Below, in pieces: positions 13,039-26,129 of a DNA stretch of 64,000 bases; position 1 is the first letter of the stretch, and each line of letters opens with the position of its first letter. The position numbers and the translations under genes are program-made. This stretch comes from Podarcis bocagei. Lineage: Eukaryota. Location: the NCBI GenBank assembly GCA_964188305.1, contig OZ076887.1; one strand, 5' to 3'. A model generated the notes under the pieces. The model ran no database searches and was not told the DNA's origin. It saw only the letters and a program-made list of their open reading frames with translations.

Positions 13039-14944
13039 AAAAATGTTTGAATGAAATTATTTGGCCTTAGCAGAAATGTCAAAAAGAATTATGAAAGAAT
13101 ATGTTATGGTTAAAAGAATTTGGTATATATAAGTTTTAAGTTTTAGAGTGTTTTTTAGGTAAGATAAGGTTAAAATAGATTAAGGTAATTTAAATGACAG
13201 AATATTGTGAAAGATGGAAAGGATTTGCTGAGATAATTAACAACTAGAATACAAAAAAGGGAGGTGTGAGAAGGTCGTTGAAATAAGTTAATGAAAGTTA
13301 AAGATTTGGGAATATTAGACTTGTCTTTTAATTGTTTGTTTATTTTTGTTTTTTGATTTAGATGTATTGTGTGTTTTGTTACTTTTTTTTACTTTGGTTT
13401 TTATTGATTTGTATTGTTTAATTGTTATGTTTATCTACTTCTTTATCTCTTCTTCTCCTTCTCTTGTCTTTTCTTTCTTCTTTCTTTGTAACTTTAAAAT
13501 TCTCAATAAACATCATTTTAAAAAAAAAAAGGTCCTACAGCTGCAACTGCGTTCCCTGATCCATGGGAGGATGAATTTTGAGCATAAACTAAAAACAAAA
13601 GCACAAGGAAGAAAGGAAGGAAGAAAATATTCTGGCAATCAGCTGTTCAGGAGTGGGGAGCAAAGGACTTGATTCCCCTTCCCACACTAGACAGCTGCTT
13701 AATGAGAATTCTACCTTTTTCTTTTTATTTTTAAAAGGTACTTCTCATGGAGCCTTGGATACTCCACCCACACTATGATAAGTCTCAGAGTCAATATATA
13801 TTTGTTTAAAACATGCTTAGGTGAAAAGCAAATGCAAATGTGAAATACTGGTCAGCAATCATTTTATTTTATTTCTCTTGGGGTGATAATTTTTGTTCTT
13901 AGACTGCAAATCTATCAAACGGGGATATGTCCTTAAAAGTGAAATTGTTGCCACTTGCCCTGAAGAACATCTACAAATATAGATCAATAATTGCACTCAA
14001 AATATATCCTTGTCAATGACTGACTAATCTGCCTGTCAGTTTACAATATGTGTGATACACATACACCCCTTCTCTAATATGTACCTTAGAGCATTGTATA
14101 CTGTTGGGCACTTAATAAATGTTAAATAATGGTCACAGCAGCAGTATTATTGTATACATTACTGTATTATGATATATTAGGTTCTTTCTAACTAATGACA
14201 AAAATATGCTACTTTTAAGTGCAGCACCTATTGACTTTCAGAAATTGGGTGGGGGAGTGAAGCAAGTGAAGTGATTATTCTTATAATAACTATACAGAGC
14301 CAGAAGGAAAGTAGTGAAAAGAGCATTAAAAAGCTAACGTGAAGATTTGTAGAGAGAAATGAACCCACTCCGTAAAATAGATAATTGACAGCTGAAGATG
14401 GAGGACACTATGATTTTCCAGCACTAAAAATATTTTTCTATACCTTTCTGAGGGAACAGCTATTACTCTAGATTCAGTCAAAGTATGCTGCCAGTGCAGA
14501 TATTCCACATGGTTTAGTCTCTTTCATCTTTCTTGGGGTATCACCTTAGATAAATGAATCATAATTGTTAATTTAAAAATATTAATTGCTCTTCATCTGA
14601 GTAACACTACAGTAGTTTGCAAAATACAATAAGGTAAATAAATATTAAAACTGCCATTTTGGTTGCCACCAACCTTCCTTTTAATTTTTTTTAAATTTTT
14701 GTCACAATTGGCCTACCTTATGGCAGCTCTTCCATGGTAATGTCTTTGCTCAGGCCTGATGATCTGATGAAGAAGACAAGGCATGAAATCTCTGAATATA
14801 GTTCTAGAGGTTTGCTTTAACAAACCCTAGAAGTCTTCTATTCTGGCATGTGGTTGAATGGAGGCAATAAGGGGGCAAGAAATATTTTCATTACATTTTG
14901 TTATTGTTACATCTGAACTGACCCAAAATGGCAAGTGAGCAGAT

Positions 14945-14994
14945 TTATTAGCAACTCTCTCTATGCGTCAAAATCAAGATTGCAACCCTTTTCC

Positions 14995-15042
<48 letters not shown>

Positions 15043-15088
15043 GGAAAATGGTTGCAATCTTGATTTCAACACATAGAGTTGGTAATCA
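14945..15088. repeat. Inverted repeat (~37-50 bp arms) enclosing (TTA)n
   Basis: CTCTATGCGTCAAAATCAAGATTGCAACCCTTTTCCT vs reverse complement of AGGAAAATGGTTGCAATCTTGATTTCAACACATAGAG; (TTA)n at 14995-15042. Confidence 0.85.
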
Positions 15089-15120
15089 TAAAAATGATTA
15101 TTATTTGTACTCGGTCAAAT

Positions 15121-15667
15121 AATTATTATTTGTGCCCCAGCCACTCTGGAAGTCTTCCAGCATACAGTGGTACCTCGGGTTACAGACGCTTCAGGTTACA
15201 GACGCTTCAGGTTACTGACTCCGCTAACCCAGAAATAGTACTTCGGGTTAAGGATGAGAACAAAATTGCATGACGACGGTGCAGTGGCAGCGGGAGGCCC
15301 CATTAGCTAAAGTGGTACCTCAGGTTAAGAACAGTTTCAGGTTAAGAACGGACCTCCAGAACGAATTATGTTCTTAACCTGAGGTACCACTGTATATAAA
15401 AACATAGCAAAACATTAAACCTTAAAAAGCTTCCCTATACAGGGCTGCCTTCAGATGTTTCTTAAATGTTATATAATTACTTATCTCCTTAACAAGGGAG
15501 GGTATTCCTACATGCCACTACCAAGAAGGCCTTCTGCCCGATTCCTTGTAGCTTCACTTCTCGCAGTGTGGGAACTGTCAGCAGGCCCTCGGTGCTGGAT
15601 CTCAGTGTCCGGGCTGAACGATGGGGATGGAGACGCTCCTTCAGGTATACAAGGCCGAGGCCGTTTC
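15121..15667 (-). mobile_element. L2-clade LINE 3' end, interrupted by a MITE
   Basis: CCAGCCACTCTGG 3' terminal motif, and ORF2 C-terminal sequence homologous to the copy at 57690-58134. Confidence 0.8.
15165..15392 (+). mobile_element. Tc1/mariner MITE family A inserted in the L2 3' UTR
   Basis: TA-CAGTGGTACCTC...GAGGTACCACTG-TA. Confidence 0.92.
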
Positions 15668-16517
15668 CTTTTCCTTACAAGATGGGAAAATATTCCTCCT
15701 TGGTTCACCTTATTAAGATATTATTTAATTATACATCTTTTGCATGTAAGAGATGTCAACCTCTTTTCTAATAGTTATCTTTACGTTTTAAAATGTATCC
15801 TCATTGTAGAGAACAAGCCTATATTGGTAAACAAACAGATCAACATGGTCTTGGGTGCAAATTATGGCTCAGCCATCCATTTAGACATGGTGTCATTAAT
15901 GGAAAAGATTATTCCCCTAATATTCCTGCAATGCGCTTTTTTTACTCCTCGTCGGAAGAATCTATATATCTCTGGTTAATTAATTCATGGAGCGACCTTT
16001 TCTTAAAAAAATAAATAAATAAAGTGCATGGGCCAAGGCATGCATACCAAAGCACATATTCATTTCCTTCAAGAAAAGCGGGAAGAGTTGTCTTGTGTTT
16101 ACAATATAGTGACATTAGGGTATCCCAACCATAGAGGCAAACTAGACAACCACCTAGGGTGCCAAAATTCTAGGGGTACCAGCCTTACCTATATAAATGT
16201 GTTGCTTTTGGAAGAGGGTCACAGAGGCAGCTTTGCAATTCACTAACTGGGTTGATGGTATCTTTTGCATTCCAGGGGATATGATCAGAACTATCTGATA
16301 TCTACCTTCTGTGTCAGGAGTAATGAACCTGTAGGCTCAAATACAGCTGTAAAGGAAGTGTAAGAAAGCCAGATATTAAAAATGGGAAAACAAAACAAAA
16401 CAGTGCCCTAGTGAAATGTCCATCTCTTCATGTTGACAATATCCAGGAGCTTTGAAACATGCTGTGACTCTTCCCATACAGACACAAAAGTTGAAATGGA
16501 AATGTGTCCATTTAAAT

Positions 16518-16823
16518 CAGGGATGGGAAACCTCAGCCCTGGGAGTAAAATGCAACTCTCTTGGCCTCTCCCAGGACACAACCCAGGCAACACACCTCAT
16601 TTGCCCTGCTTTGTGCCTTCTTTGAGTAGTTTTGCCTGGCAGAAATATGTCCTTGGACTCTGATAATACCTGGATGGCAGAAAGAGAGGGGTGGGAGAAT
16701 GTAAACAAACTAGTTACTGTACACATTTATTGATCCTTTGGCCCTGCCCACCACTGACATGTGTATTCAGAAGGTTGCCCAGGAGGGAATGTGGCCTTCA
16801 GGCTGAAAAGGTTTCTCCACCCT
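16518..16823. mobile_element. Older non-autonomous hAT (Charlie-like) element
   Basis: Ends CAGGGATGGGAAACCT ... AGGTTTCTCCACCCTA; related fragments near 20755-20900 and 57380-57490. Confidence 0.55.
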
Positions 16824-18973
16824 ATTTAAATCATAGAGTGTATATTTTAAGACTGATGTTTTGGAAGTTTTATAGAAGTATAATAACAATAATAGAAGCA
16901 GCTCACATACCAGAAGAAAAGTGGCTCATGTTTTTAATGGCAAATTAGACATTCATTCTTTTTATAAAAGCTCATGCAAAAGGCAGAGAAGGTTGGAAAT
17001 TAACTTTCACTTTATCATTTGAGCCGCTGAAGATCACATTTAGTTCAACCCTGATAATAGCTTTTACTCTAAAACAAATGAAATGGTGACTCCCAAATTG
17101 AAATAGGCCATGCTTGCCTCCTCCAAGTCATCCATTTGATGTCAACTCCCATTTATAGCATTGCCTGCACAAGCAGCAGCATTCCTGACCTGTAATAAAT
17201 AATTTTGGGCTATCATCATTGTTTTATTACAGTACTATCAGCCTTTATATTTATTCCCATCTATCAGCGAGTGTTCTGTTGTTGCTGCCAGGTATGTGGG
17301 CACATTATTACTTCCAGCCATTGGTAGCTGGCTTTGAACCAGCCACTGTTGTTGCTAGCAGTATGGAGACTCGCTGCATTATGGTTTATTATTAATGTCT
17401 TGTCAATCATTTTCAGCTTTGGAAAAGTACAAAAGAAGCCTATGCTGCTTATAAAGGAGCTTTAATCAGATCATTTTCCCTAGCCAACCAAAGGAATGTG
17501 AGGGAAAAGTTAAACAAGCTAGAAGAATTAGAGCGAGCAAATGCATTCTGAATACATTTAGATGAATTAGCAGAGAGCTGAAATTGAGATTGATTATTGT
17601 TACTGAACCAAATTATGTGGATCATGAGAATTTGGCACGATATGGTTTAAAATCACTGAATGAAATTTTGCTGGCCTTGTACACATGGAACAGCATTAGG
17701 GACTGACCCATATAAGTTTTCTCTCCTGCACCAGGAACTTCCATATTGGAAGCATCCTTTGCACCCAAAGTCAAAGCGTTCCCTGCAAGAATGCACTAGT
17801 TTATACTTTCCAAGAGCCTCAGCACATAGGCTACATCAGTGAAAGCAAGAATACATCTTTTTTGCATCACCCTAGATGTTCCAGGAGTGGGATGGAATGC
17901 TTCACCTTGTAACTTGGTTGTGATGCTGCATATCCAACAGCATGGTGGAAGCCTGAATTAGACCTGACCCTGCAGGTGGATAAGAGTAGGATAGCCATTT
18001 ATGCATTGACAAAAGAGAGAGAGAGAGGATAATATGTTTGTCTAAAATTGAATATGCTGATTTACATGCGTAGATGCACACTTAGAAATAATTTTAGTTT
18101 AGGGCTTGAGAACCTGTGACCCTCCAAGATGACTGGGGTTGGGAATGATGGGAGCCGTAACCCAAAAACATGTGGAGGCTCATAGGTTCACCATCCCTGC
18201 CATAATGCATGAAACTGAGGGGGGAAATGCATGAAACTGTGACCAGGTACCACATGTCCCTGCTCAGTCTGCTGTCCAGGTGCTAACCATTAATCGGAAA
18301 CTTCAGGGCCCCCACTCTACCTTGATCTTTAAACTGTACTTGGATTGAACAGCCCTTCAGATAAAGAACTCTAGGACTGTCCTATCTAAATCATGACAAG
18401 TGGCCATCCTAGACTGGAGAGTTATGCTAATTTAGATGAATGACTTGTGCACTGCCCTATATATATAGGGCCATCAGGATTGTTCCTGCTCCTCCTCCTC
18501 TGTGCTAGCCACCCACGGCAAAAATAGCTGGAGGAAGGCAAGGAAGCAACTTTCTTTCTTCTGCCTTCCTTCTGTCAGGTGATGGGGGCAAAATGTAGCC
18601 TCACATTGGGTGCCATATTATCAAAGTCCAACCCTGCTTCAGACCCCCTGCCTTGAACTCCACTCTCTCACCCCCACAAGACCTTCAGCTTCTTAACTTC
18701 TTCCTTCATGCCTGCCATTTCCCCATTTTGCTCTACTTAACAGCAGGCCTAGAGCCTTCCAACAGGTATCCCTCACTTTCTGCAAAGCATCACCAGGGCT
18801 CTTCTCATTTATGTCAGCCTTGATATGGAATAGTAGTGAAGAGTCCCTGCACCAGGTCTACATCTATCCATCGCTTGGGCCACAGGTTTACACATTTGAC
18901 ATGGAATTTTCTGTGATTTCCTACTGTGTATTAAAATGTTAAGAACACACAAATATGAATATTCAGTGAGCAA

Positions 18974-19331
18974 GGGACGCGGGTGGTGCTGTGGGTTAAA
19001 CCACAGAGCCTAGGACTTGCTGATCAGAAGGTCGGCGGTTTGAATCCCCGCGACAGGGTGAGCTCCCGTTGCTTGGTCCCAGCTCCTGCCAACCTAGCAG
19101 TTTGAAAGCACATGAAAGTGCAAGTAGATAAATAGGTACCGCTCAAGCGGGAAGGTAAACGGCGTTTCTGTGCACTGCTCTGGTTCGCCAGAAGTGGCTT
19201 AGTCATGCTGGCCACATGACCCGGAAGCTGTACAGCGGCTCCCTCGGCCAATAAAGCGAGATGAGCGCCACAACCCCAGAGTTGGCCACGACTGGACCTA
19301 ATGGTCAGGGGTCCCTTTACCTTTACCTTTA
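18974..19331 (+). mobile_element. Sauria SINE (full length)
   Basis: GGGACGCGGGTGGTGCTGTGG head, B box GGTTTGAATCC, typical body (GCAAGTAGATAAATAGGTACC), (ACCTTT)n tail. Confidence 0.92.
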
Positions 19332-22120
19332 TGTACAGAACTTGTGGCAAACAGTATGATGTATTTGAAATTCAGGTTTTAAATGTAGATTCTGTACCAG
19401 CTTATATTCACCATCACTTTGTAAACTGTTTGGAGATGATTTTTTTTTCTGTGTTCTATTCTCGTGAGAGTGGTTTCTTGCAAGAATCTAAAACCATGAC
19501 AGTCGAAGAAATTATACTTTAGGACTTGAGAAAAATTGTGATCAGATAAGGAAAAAATCCAGGCACTAGTGGAAAACCCATGTCATTGTTATGATTGACT
19601 TTGCAGTCGTAGCACTGGTTGAATATGAGTTTGGTTTAGATACATATATTGTGTTCACCTTGCCAACTGCATTTTACATTTCCTTTGATTCTATTCTTAG
19701 CCAGCATCAAAGTGCTTCCCAACCTAGTCATCTGGGAGCTTGGCTACAGACATTTCTTCATTTACACGGAAAGGTGAATTTTGACTGACAGTGCATTGGT
19801 GCTGGGCTGCTATCTCCAGAGGTTTTATACATTCTCACAGAACAGGCTACCACAGGCACTGGCATGGAAAAGTTTCTCATACATTGCTCTCAGAATATCT
19901 TAAGTTTGTTTTTTCCCCCCAGAATGAGAAATGCTGCAGTATTCCCCATCCTGGGGGAAAAACAACCTTAAGATAAACTGAGCACTGTAATATTGCAAAC
20001 GCCACATATTTATGAATTGTTAGCCAGATGCAACTATTAAATATATATATATTAGTTTTGGTATTTTGGATAATTGCACTCTAGTTCATTGGTGTTTTTA
20101 ATAACTATTTGTTACAATATTTTATTCTGTCATTTTATAAATGCACATTTGTAACTGGCTGAATCTTTTGTCTTTTACAAAGGTCTCTAAACAATATTCA
20201 GCAGTGTGTGTTAGCCAGCATCTAACTAGATTGTATTAGGAGGTGGAAAAATCCATAATTCATTACCAGCCTAGTGATACTTCTTTAAATTATTTTTGCC
20301 TCACTATGGGCACAATCGAAAAAGTGATCTTCTCCTTCACATGCTCCGTTCCAATGAATGGTAGCTGCAGAGTTTTACACTTAGGCAACTGCTATCAATT
20401 TCAACAGAGCTTGACCTGGAGATGTACCTGGTGAATTATGCTCTGTAACTTAAACGTCTGGTTGGTAAAGTCACTGTTACCACAGTGTTTTAAAGGCAGA
20501 ATGTAAGGAACCAACATGCAAGTCTTATGTCAGTATTTATGTTAGGTGTGGGGGACCATGTTAAACTCAAGTGCTACATTCAGTTCTGGACAACCTTCCA
20601 GGATCTGCATGTCAGTGGTATGTGGGACCAGAGACAAAGGTATACAGGGCAATGAATGTGAATGTTACCTTTGTACAGTAGATTTGTTTCCACACAAATT
20701 CCTACACCACTCTTTATCCTCCGTCCAGATAAGCAAGAGGTATTATCAGAGTTCAAGGACACATTCCAGCCAGGCAAAAACCTTTGGGTGGGGAGTGTGG
20801 CTGAAAAGAGGGTGTGACTTGAGAAGAGTCTTGAGAGCCTGGATAGAGACCCCTGGGGGGCCACATTTTATTTCCAGGCCCGAGGTTTCCCATCCTCAAT
20901 TTATCCCTGTGAATGCATCATAGTTTTATCTGGAATGAAAAGAACCATGAAACTACTTCCCTGAACTGAAGAGGGCTTTGAGCTTATATTTCTCAAACAG
21001 CAATCCCCCTGACGAACTGAAACGGGGGGAAACCGAAAAACAGTTTGTCTGAAGCATTCAAAGAAATAAAGTTTAAAAATAATAACCACAAGGTCCAACT
21101 CATTGAGCATACTTAAAGTGGCATTTTCAAGTCTGGCCAACACATAAAATGTTCACCAGGGCTTTGTTTGAGCTAAGGCTCCCCAGGCTCAGTCTTGCCT
21201 GCAGCTATTTGTCAAGAGTCAATCATCATTTGACATCACAGATTCTCCCAATGCTGCATCATATTTACAAAGTATTGGGAATTCATTTTTGGGGCAGGCA
21301 GGTCCTTGGATTTTGACACAGCCTAACACTGCTTGGCAGAATTTCTGGGATCTTTCATGACCAGAACAGAAGGTCACAACAGCAGCATTTTCAGAACTTG
21401 TAGTTGAATCCATTTATGAAGGAAGAAGAACCCATATTGCCAGTACTAGAGCAGTAAGAATGGGACATAATTTTTAATGCCATGGTTTCAGCCTAGGAAA
21501 GAATGTTTCGACCCCCTCTGCCAAGTCATTGAGCCAGTCCCCATATAATGAGGTTATGGGGCAGGAGTTCTACACAGGTTGTGGCTTTCAAGCAGCCTTG
21601 AGTTCAGACACCACTCTCTCTCTTTAAAAGAAATTAACCATTCTTGCGTGTGTAACGTCAGAAGAATTTTCTGGCTACTTCTACAACCTCTTAAAAATAA
21701 ACTCTAGAGGCAGGAAATATCATTCCTTTTATCTGAACAGCAAAGTAAATTAAAACAATTTATGAAAGATCCAAGTTTATTACTTTTGTGCTGTGCCAGG
21801 TTTGCTAAAATAAAAGCTGGCAGAAACATCTACTTAACACTGGAATAGCCGTCACTGGAAGCAGCAATAAAATGAAACAACTTATATAAATAGTGAGTTA
21901 GTATTGCCTTTCTCTTTTCATTTTCTTGCCTAAACCATAATACTGTATTGCTCTTAATTTTAATTGAATTTTTTAAATGTATTCAACCCCTTAGTGGTGC
22001 ACTTATACGCTCTGTGTAAACCACACATTATTTTGGGATGTGCTGAATCTTTCAATATTGCCAGGATTATATCATTCTTTAATGGCTATTACATTCTGCT
22101 CACTTCCTCTGCTATCAGCC

Positions 22121-22285
22121 TGACCTTGGGCTAGTCACACTTCTCTGAAGTCTCTCAGCCCCACTCACCTCACAGAGTGTTTGTTGTGGGGGAGGAAGGG
22201 AAAGGAGAATGTTAGCCGCTTTGAGACTCCTAAGGGTAGTGATAAAGTGGGATATCAAATCCAAACTCCTCCTCCTCCTCTTCTA
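22121..22285 (+). mobile_element. Squam3/POM-type SINE, 5'-truncated
   Basis: TGACCTTGGGCTAGTCACAC...CTCAGCCCCACTCACCTCACAGAGTGTTTGTTGTGGGG...GATATCAAATCCAAAC plus (CTC)n/(CTT) tail. Confidence 0.75.
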
Positions 22286-23439
22286 CTTCATGGTTTTTAG
22301 TGCAAATTTCAGTCGTTTGTAGTAGAAGATTTTTAAATATTGGCTTACCCATGCATGCTTGCTCCCCAGGTATAATTATCATGTTTTAAGAAATAGTTTT
22401 TGAAATTTATTTTTTTAAGAGTGATAACTATATGAGAAGCATGCTAGCAAGAAAAAGAGATAATCAGTCAACATGAAATCTTAAGCCAATCTGTAATTTT
22501 GAGTAAGGATTTTGTAATCTCATATCCATGCCACTAGAAGGTTAATCTACACTAGCTGTGCTTGTGACTATTTTATATCTATCTATATTTCAATATCTAT
22601 ATTTGAAAGATCTCAGGTAAGTGAGGGGTTTCTCTTTGTATGTAAATTGTTCAGACTGTGCATAGGAGCTACATGAAAGTTCAAAGAAAGCTATTCATTT
22701 CCCTGTCTGTAGTGCAGAAGAGCAATGAGGAGCATGGCTAGGTCAATGCATGTTGTCAGAGCAGTCCTAGATTCCATTCACCAGTACAAGCTGTATCTTA
22801 TTTTTCTTTTTGTGGAATGTGGGCCTGTACAGGTTATCAGAGTAGATGTTCTTAATAGGTTCACATGGGGTAACATGCAAACTGGCTCTGAGAAATAGGA
22901 CCCAAAGTGAACAATGAATGTGGAGAAGGATTCTAGGCTTAACAGGTTTAGTTCCCACCCCAAAGCTATCCTTAATTATGTATCTTGACTTTTCCCCATA
23001 TAACAGATCAGCTGTCATTCATGCCTATGAGAAAATATGAAGCATTGCACTTGTGGACATTGGCATAAAAGTAAAAATTATCCACTGTCTTACATTTGGA
23101 AGGCTAGTCTCAACTCCAGAGAGGGGGATTGCAATGTGTTTCTTTTCTAATAAGTCCTTGTCTTTCAGTAGCATCCTACATTAGTTCAATGAGTCTTATT
23201 CCAAGGTAAGTTTCTATAACATGGGTCACCAATGCAGCAGGCACAGATGAATCCACAGGGTATTGTTTTTCCTGTTCCCCTTGTAATTAAAATTAGGATT
23301 GAAAAAGGTCTTCTACCAAAGGCTACACATTTGGTTCATTAAATGGACATAAGATTGAATAGGTAAAGGCCTGTTATCCAGGAGATACTTGGAGATACTT
23401 TTTATAGTAAGAGGTTTTTATAGTAAGTGGTATATGTTT

Positions 23440-23530
23440 TATCATTTTACTGTTTTAGCCGCTCTGAGCCCGGCTTCGGCTGGGGAGGGCGGGATATAAA
23501 TAAAATTTATTATTTATTATTATTATATAA
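23440..23530 (+). mobile_element. L2-type 3' terminal stem-loop and AT-rich tail
   Basis: AGCCGCTCTGAGCCCGGCTTCGGCTGGGGAGGGCGGGATATAAATAAA followed by (TTA)n. Confidence 0.65.
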
Positions 23531-23699
23531 ATTGATTAAATAAATAAATAGCAGCTAAATCCTCCACCAATAAAGAGAAGCGGTACTCAAACTCCTACAT
23601 CTAAGTATACTCATGTACCAAACCCCTTCCCATTTGAATCCCCACATGTGCTCATCTATATTCTTCATATTTTTAACACAGAAACTGATTCTATATCCT

Positions 23700-24050
23700 T
23701 ATCCAGACAACTATGACTAAAACAAACAATCAGTATAAATATTAAAAAGCACAATTAAATAAATAACATTAAAAACAGCCCTGCAAACACAACCATTAAA
23801 AGCACACACACATGTGGATGTACAATATCCACCCACAACAGCCAATTTCTGGCCAAGGGTCTGTTTGAACAAACAAACAAAATTCTTTGACTGCTTGTGA
23901 AAGGAAAGCAGAGAGAGGGCTGCCCTAGCTTTTTATGGAAGGACGTTCCACAATCTGGGAGCAGTTCCTGAGAAGGCCCTCTCTCATGTTCTTGCCAAGT
24001 GTGCCTGTGAAGGTGGTGGTATACTAAGAGAAAGCCTTCACCAGAAGATG
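23700..24050 (-). mobile_element. L2 LINE 3' fragment
   Basis: Minus strand encodes RAFSGTAPRLWNVL, the L2 RAFS..AP.LWN.LP motif; A/C-rich reverse-complemented 3' UTR. Confidence 0.65.
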
Positions 24051-25004
24051 ACTTAATTTTTCATAAATATTTATCTGTGCCTCTAAACTTAGTGAAAAGG
24101 AAATGTAATTGTGTATGTCCCAAGATGGCAATCAAATATTTAAAACATCCCAATTATCTGGAAGTAAAGCTCTAGCTGCAGTGAAACTAACAGTATATGT
24201 GTTTATATTTTTCAAAGTACCTATAGGAAAATACAAAGCCATACATGTTTTCATTCAGAAAATAAATTTCCCTTAATAGAGGAAATGGGGGGAGAAACCA
24301 TTATTTTTACTAGACAACTAATCTTTATCCTGTTGCATAGGTAAACATACATTACTCTCAAATTAGCAGCATTCCATAATAAAAAAATCCAGTTTCAGCA
24401 AGTTTATTTTCTGCTGAGCATTATGAAATTTAATACAGAGGTAATGTTTTATTGACGCTTGTTTTTGGTGACCTTTTATGTCTTGCGTTTGTGACATATT
24501 GGTCCTCTGTCTCCAATACTATGGAATTCTAATGGCTAGAATGGAATGGGTCAGATAATGAAAGTCTCTGGTACATTAACTTTCAATTTCATGAATGTCT
24601 GAATACTGTATGGAAGATAAATAACAGGCATTTTCTTGCTTGTACATGTTAACATTTTATAAGCTGGTTATATTCTCTGCTGTATTACTTAACAGCAGGC
24701 TGTATGTTATGAGAGTAAAATGAGTATGTACATTTTTGACAAGGATAAGATTGCATAATAGCTTGTAACTTTTAGGAGAATCCAGTAGGAGAATATGCTG
24801 AGTAAGGTGTTCTAAATGTACATTTCATTTTGCTTAATGTAGGTGAATATTGTCCTTACCTATTGCTCTTTGCAGGAAAGTTTTGTTTGGCTTGAGAGAC
24901 TGACTTGGTTTTGACACTTTTCATAGTGTATTTTGGGCTGGATGCTAAACCTTAAAGAATGCAAAAAATGTAACTCAGTTTCTCAATTAGAACAAGTCAA
25001 AGGG

Positions 25005-25100
25005 ACAGTAAAATAATATATATTTTATGGACCAACTGAAATTCATAAAATGCTATGTGAGCCTTTGAGTTGCACAGATCACTTCCTTTGGCTGAATATA
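25005..25100. mobile_element. Penelope-like element fragment
   Basis: TTATGGACCAACTGAAA...GAGCCTTTGAGTTGCACAGATCACTTCCTT resembles squamate PLE terminal sequence. Confidence 0.35.
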
Positions 25101-25815
25101 AAAGAACAGCAAAAATAGATATGGAAGTATTACTTCAAACTTGAAATGGTAGCAGAGAAAACCAAAATAACGCAGACCTGTGATTGGTATAATGAATAAA
25201 TCTCATTGCACAGAAATATTCTGAAACAGGAAAGCAAAGGCAAAGGGGGGCTCTCACTTTAGACAAATCCATAGCTGCTGGGGCACCTGGCAGGAGGGAG
25301 TTCCCAATATCTCTTAGATGAATCCACTGAGCCAGGAAGCATCAGAAATTTTATTGCCGCAAACACCAATCATAGTCCTGAGCTGACAGGACTATCAGTG
25401 CCCATACCTTAAATATGAGGTCTTAGATACTGGTGGCCTCAGATTGTGAGGTCCTCTTCAGTAAGCCTCTCTGCTAGTTCAAGAAAAGGGAGGATTGGCA
25501 GGGAGTGCTGCAGTGCCATAGCGAGCAATTATGAATTAGTCCAAATTCAAAAGGTTTTGTGTTCAGTTATAATTTGCCCCTGTTCCACATTTTGTCACCA
25601 TCGCCAGTCTTTTTTCAGATCAGTTTTTTTTTCTGGTCACCATGAATTCTCTAGCTTTATTCAGGAATTCAGCTTAACATGTGAGGGCACAAACTATGTA
25701 GGAAGCATGTGGGCACGTGTGCTAGTCCTGTTCAGCATCTCTTCACTCTTCATTTGACAAGCCTGTCCCCTTCACTCCTGACCTTTACACATTCAGTGCA
25801 AAGGTCTGATTAGAG

Positions 25816-26129
25816 CAGGGGTCGGAAAACCTTTTAAGCAGGGGGCTGGTCCACTGTCCCTCAGACCTTGGGGGGGGCAGACTATATGGGGGGGGTGAAC
25901 GAATTCCTATGCCCCACAAATAACCCAGAGATGCATTTTAAATAAAAGCACACATTTTACTCAGGTAAAAACACCAGACAGGCCCCACAAATAACTCAGA
26001 GATGCATTTTAAATAAAAGGACACATTCTAAACATGTAAAAACACGCTGATTCCCGGACTGTCTACAGGCTGGATTTAGAAGGCAATTGGGCCAGATCTG
26101 GCCCCCAGGCCTTAGTTTGCCTACGCATG
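25816..26129 (+). mobile_element. hAT MITE (OC1/OposCharlie-related)
   Basis: Perfect 8-bp TSD GATTAGAG; ends CAGGGGTCGGAAAAC...GTTTGCCTACGCATG; internal tandem duplication. Confidence 0.9.

Larger units (their letters stand above)
11396..13530 (+). mobile_element. Full-length non-autonomous L1-dependent retroelement (HAL1-like), 2.1 kb
   Basis: Perfect 16-bp TSD AAGGTCCTACAGCTGC (11380-11395 and 13529-13544, its first two As overlapping the tail). 5' end GACTTCCGG with a CpG-rich leader; one ORF; degenerate L1 ORF2 C-terminal remnant; T-rich 3' UTR; AATAAA at 13505; A11 tail. Confidence 0.88.

Noticed and set aside
15455-15979. 174-aa plus-strand ORF
   Set aside because: Antisense read-through of an L2 fragment into AT-rich flank
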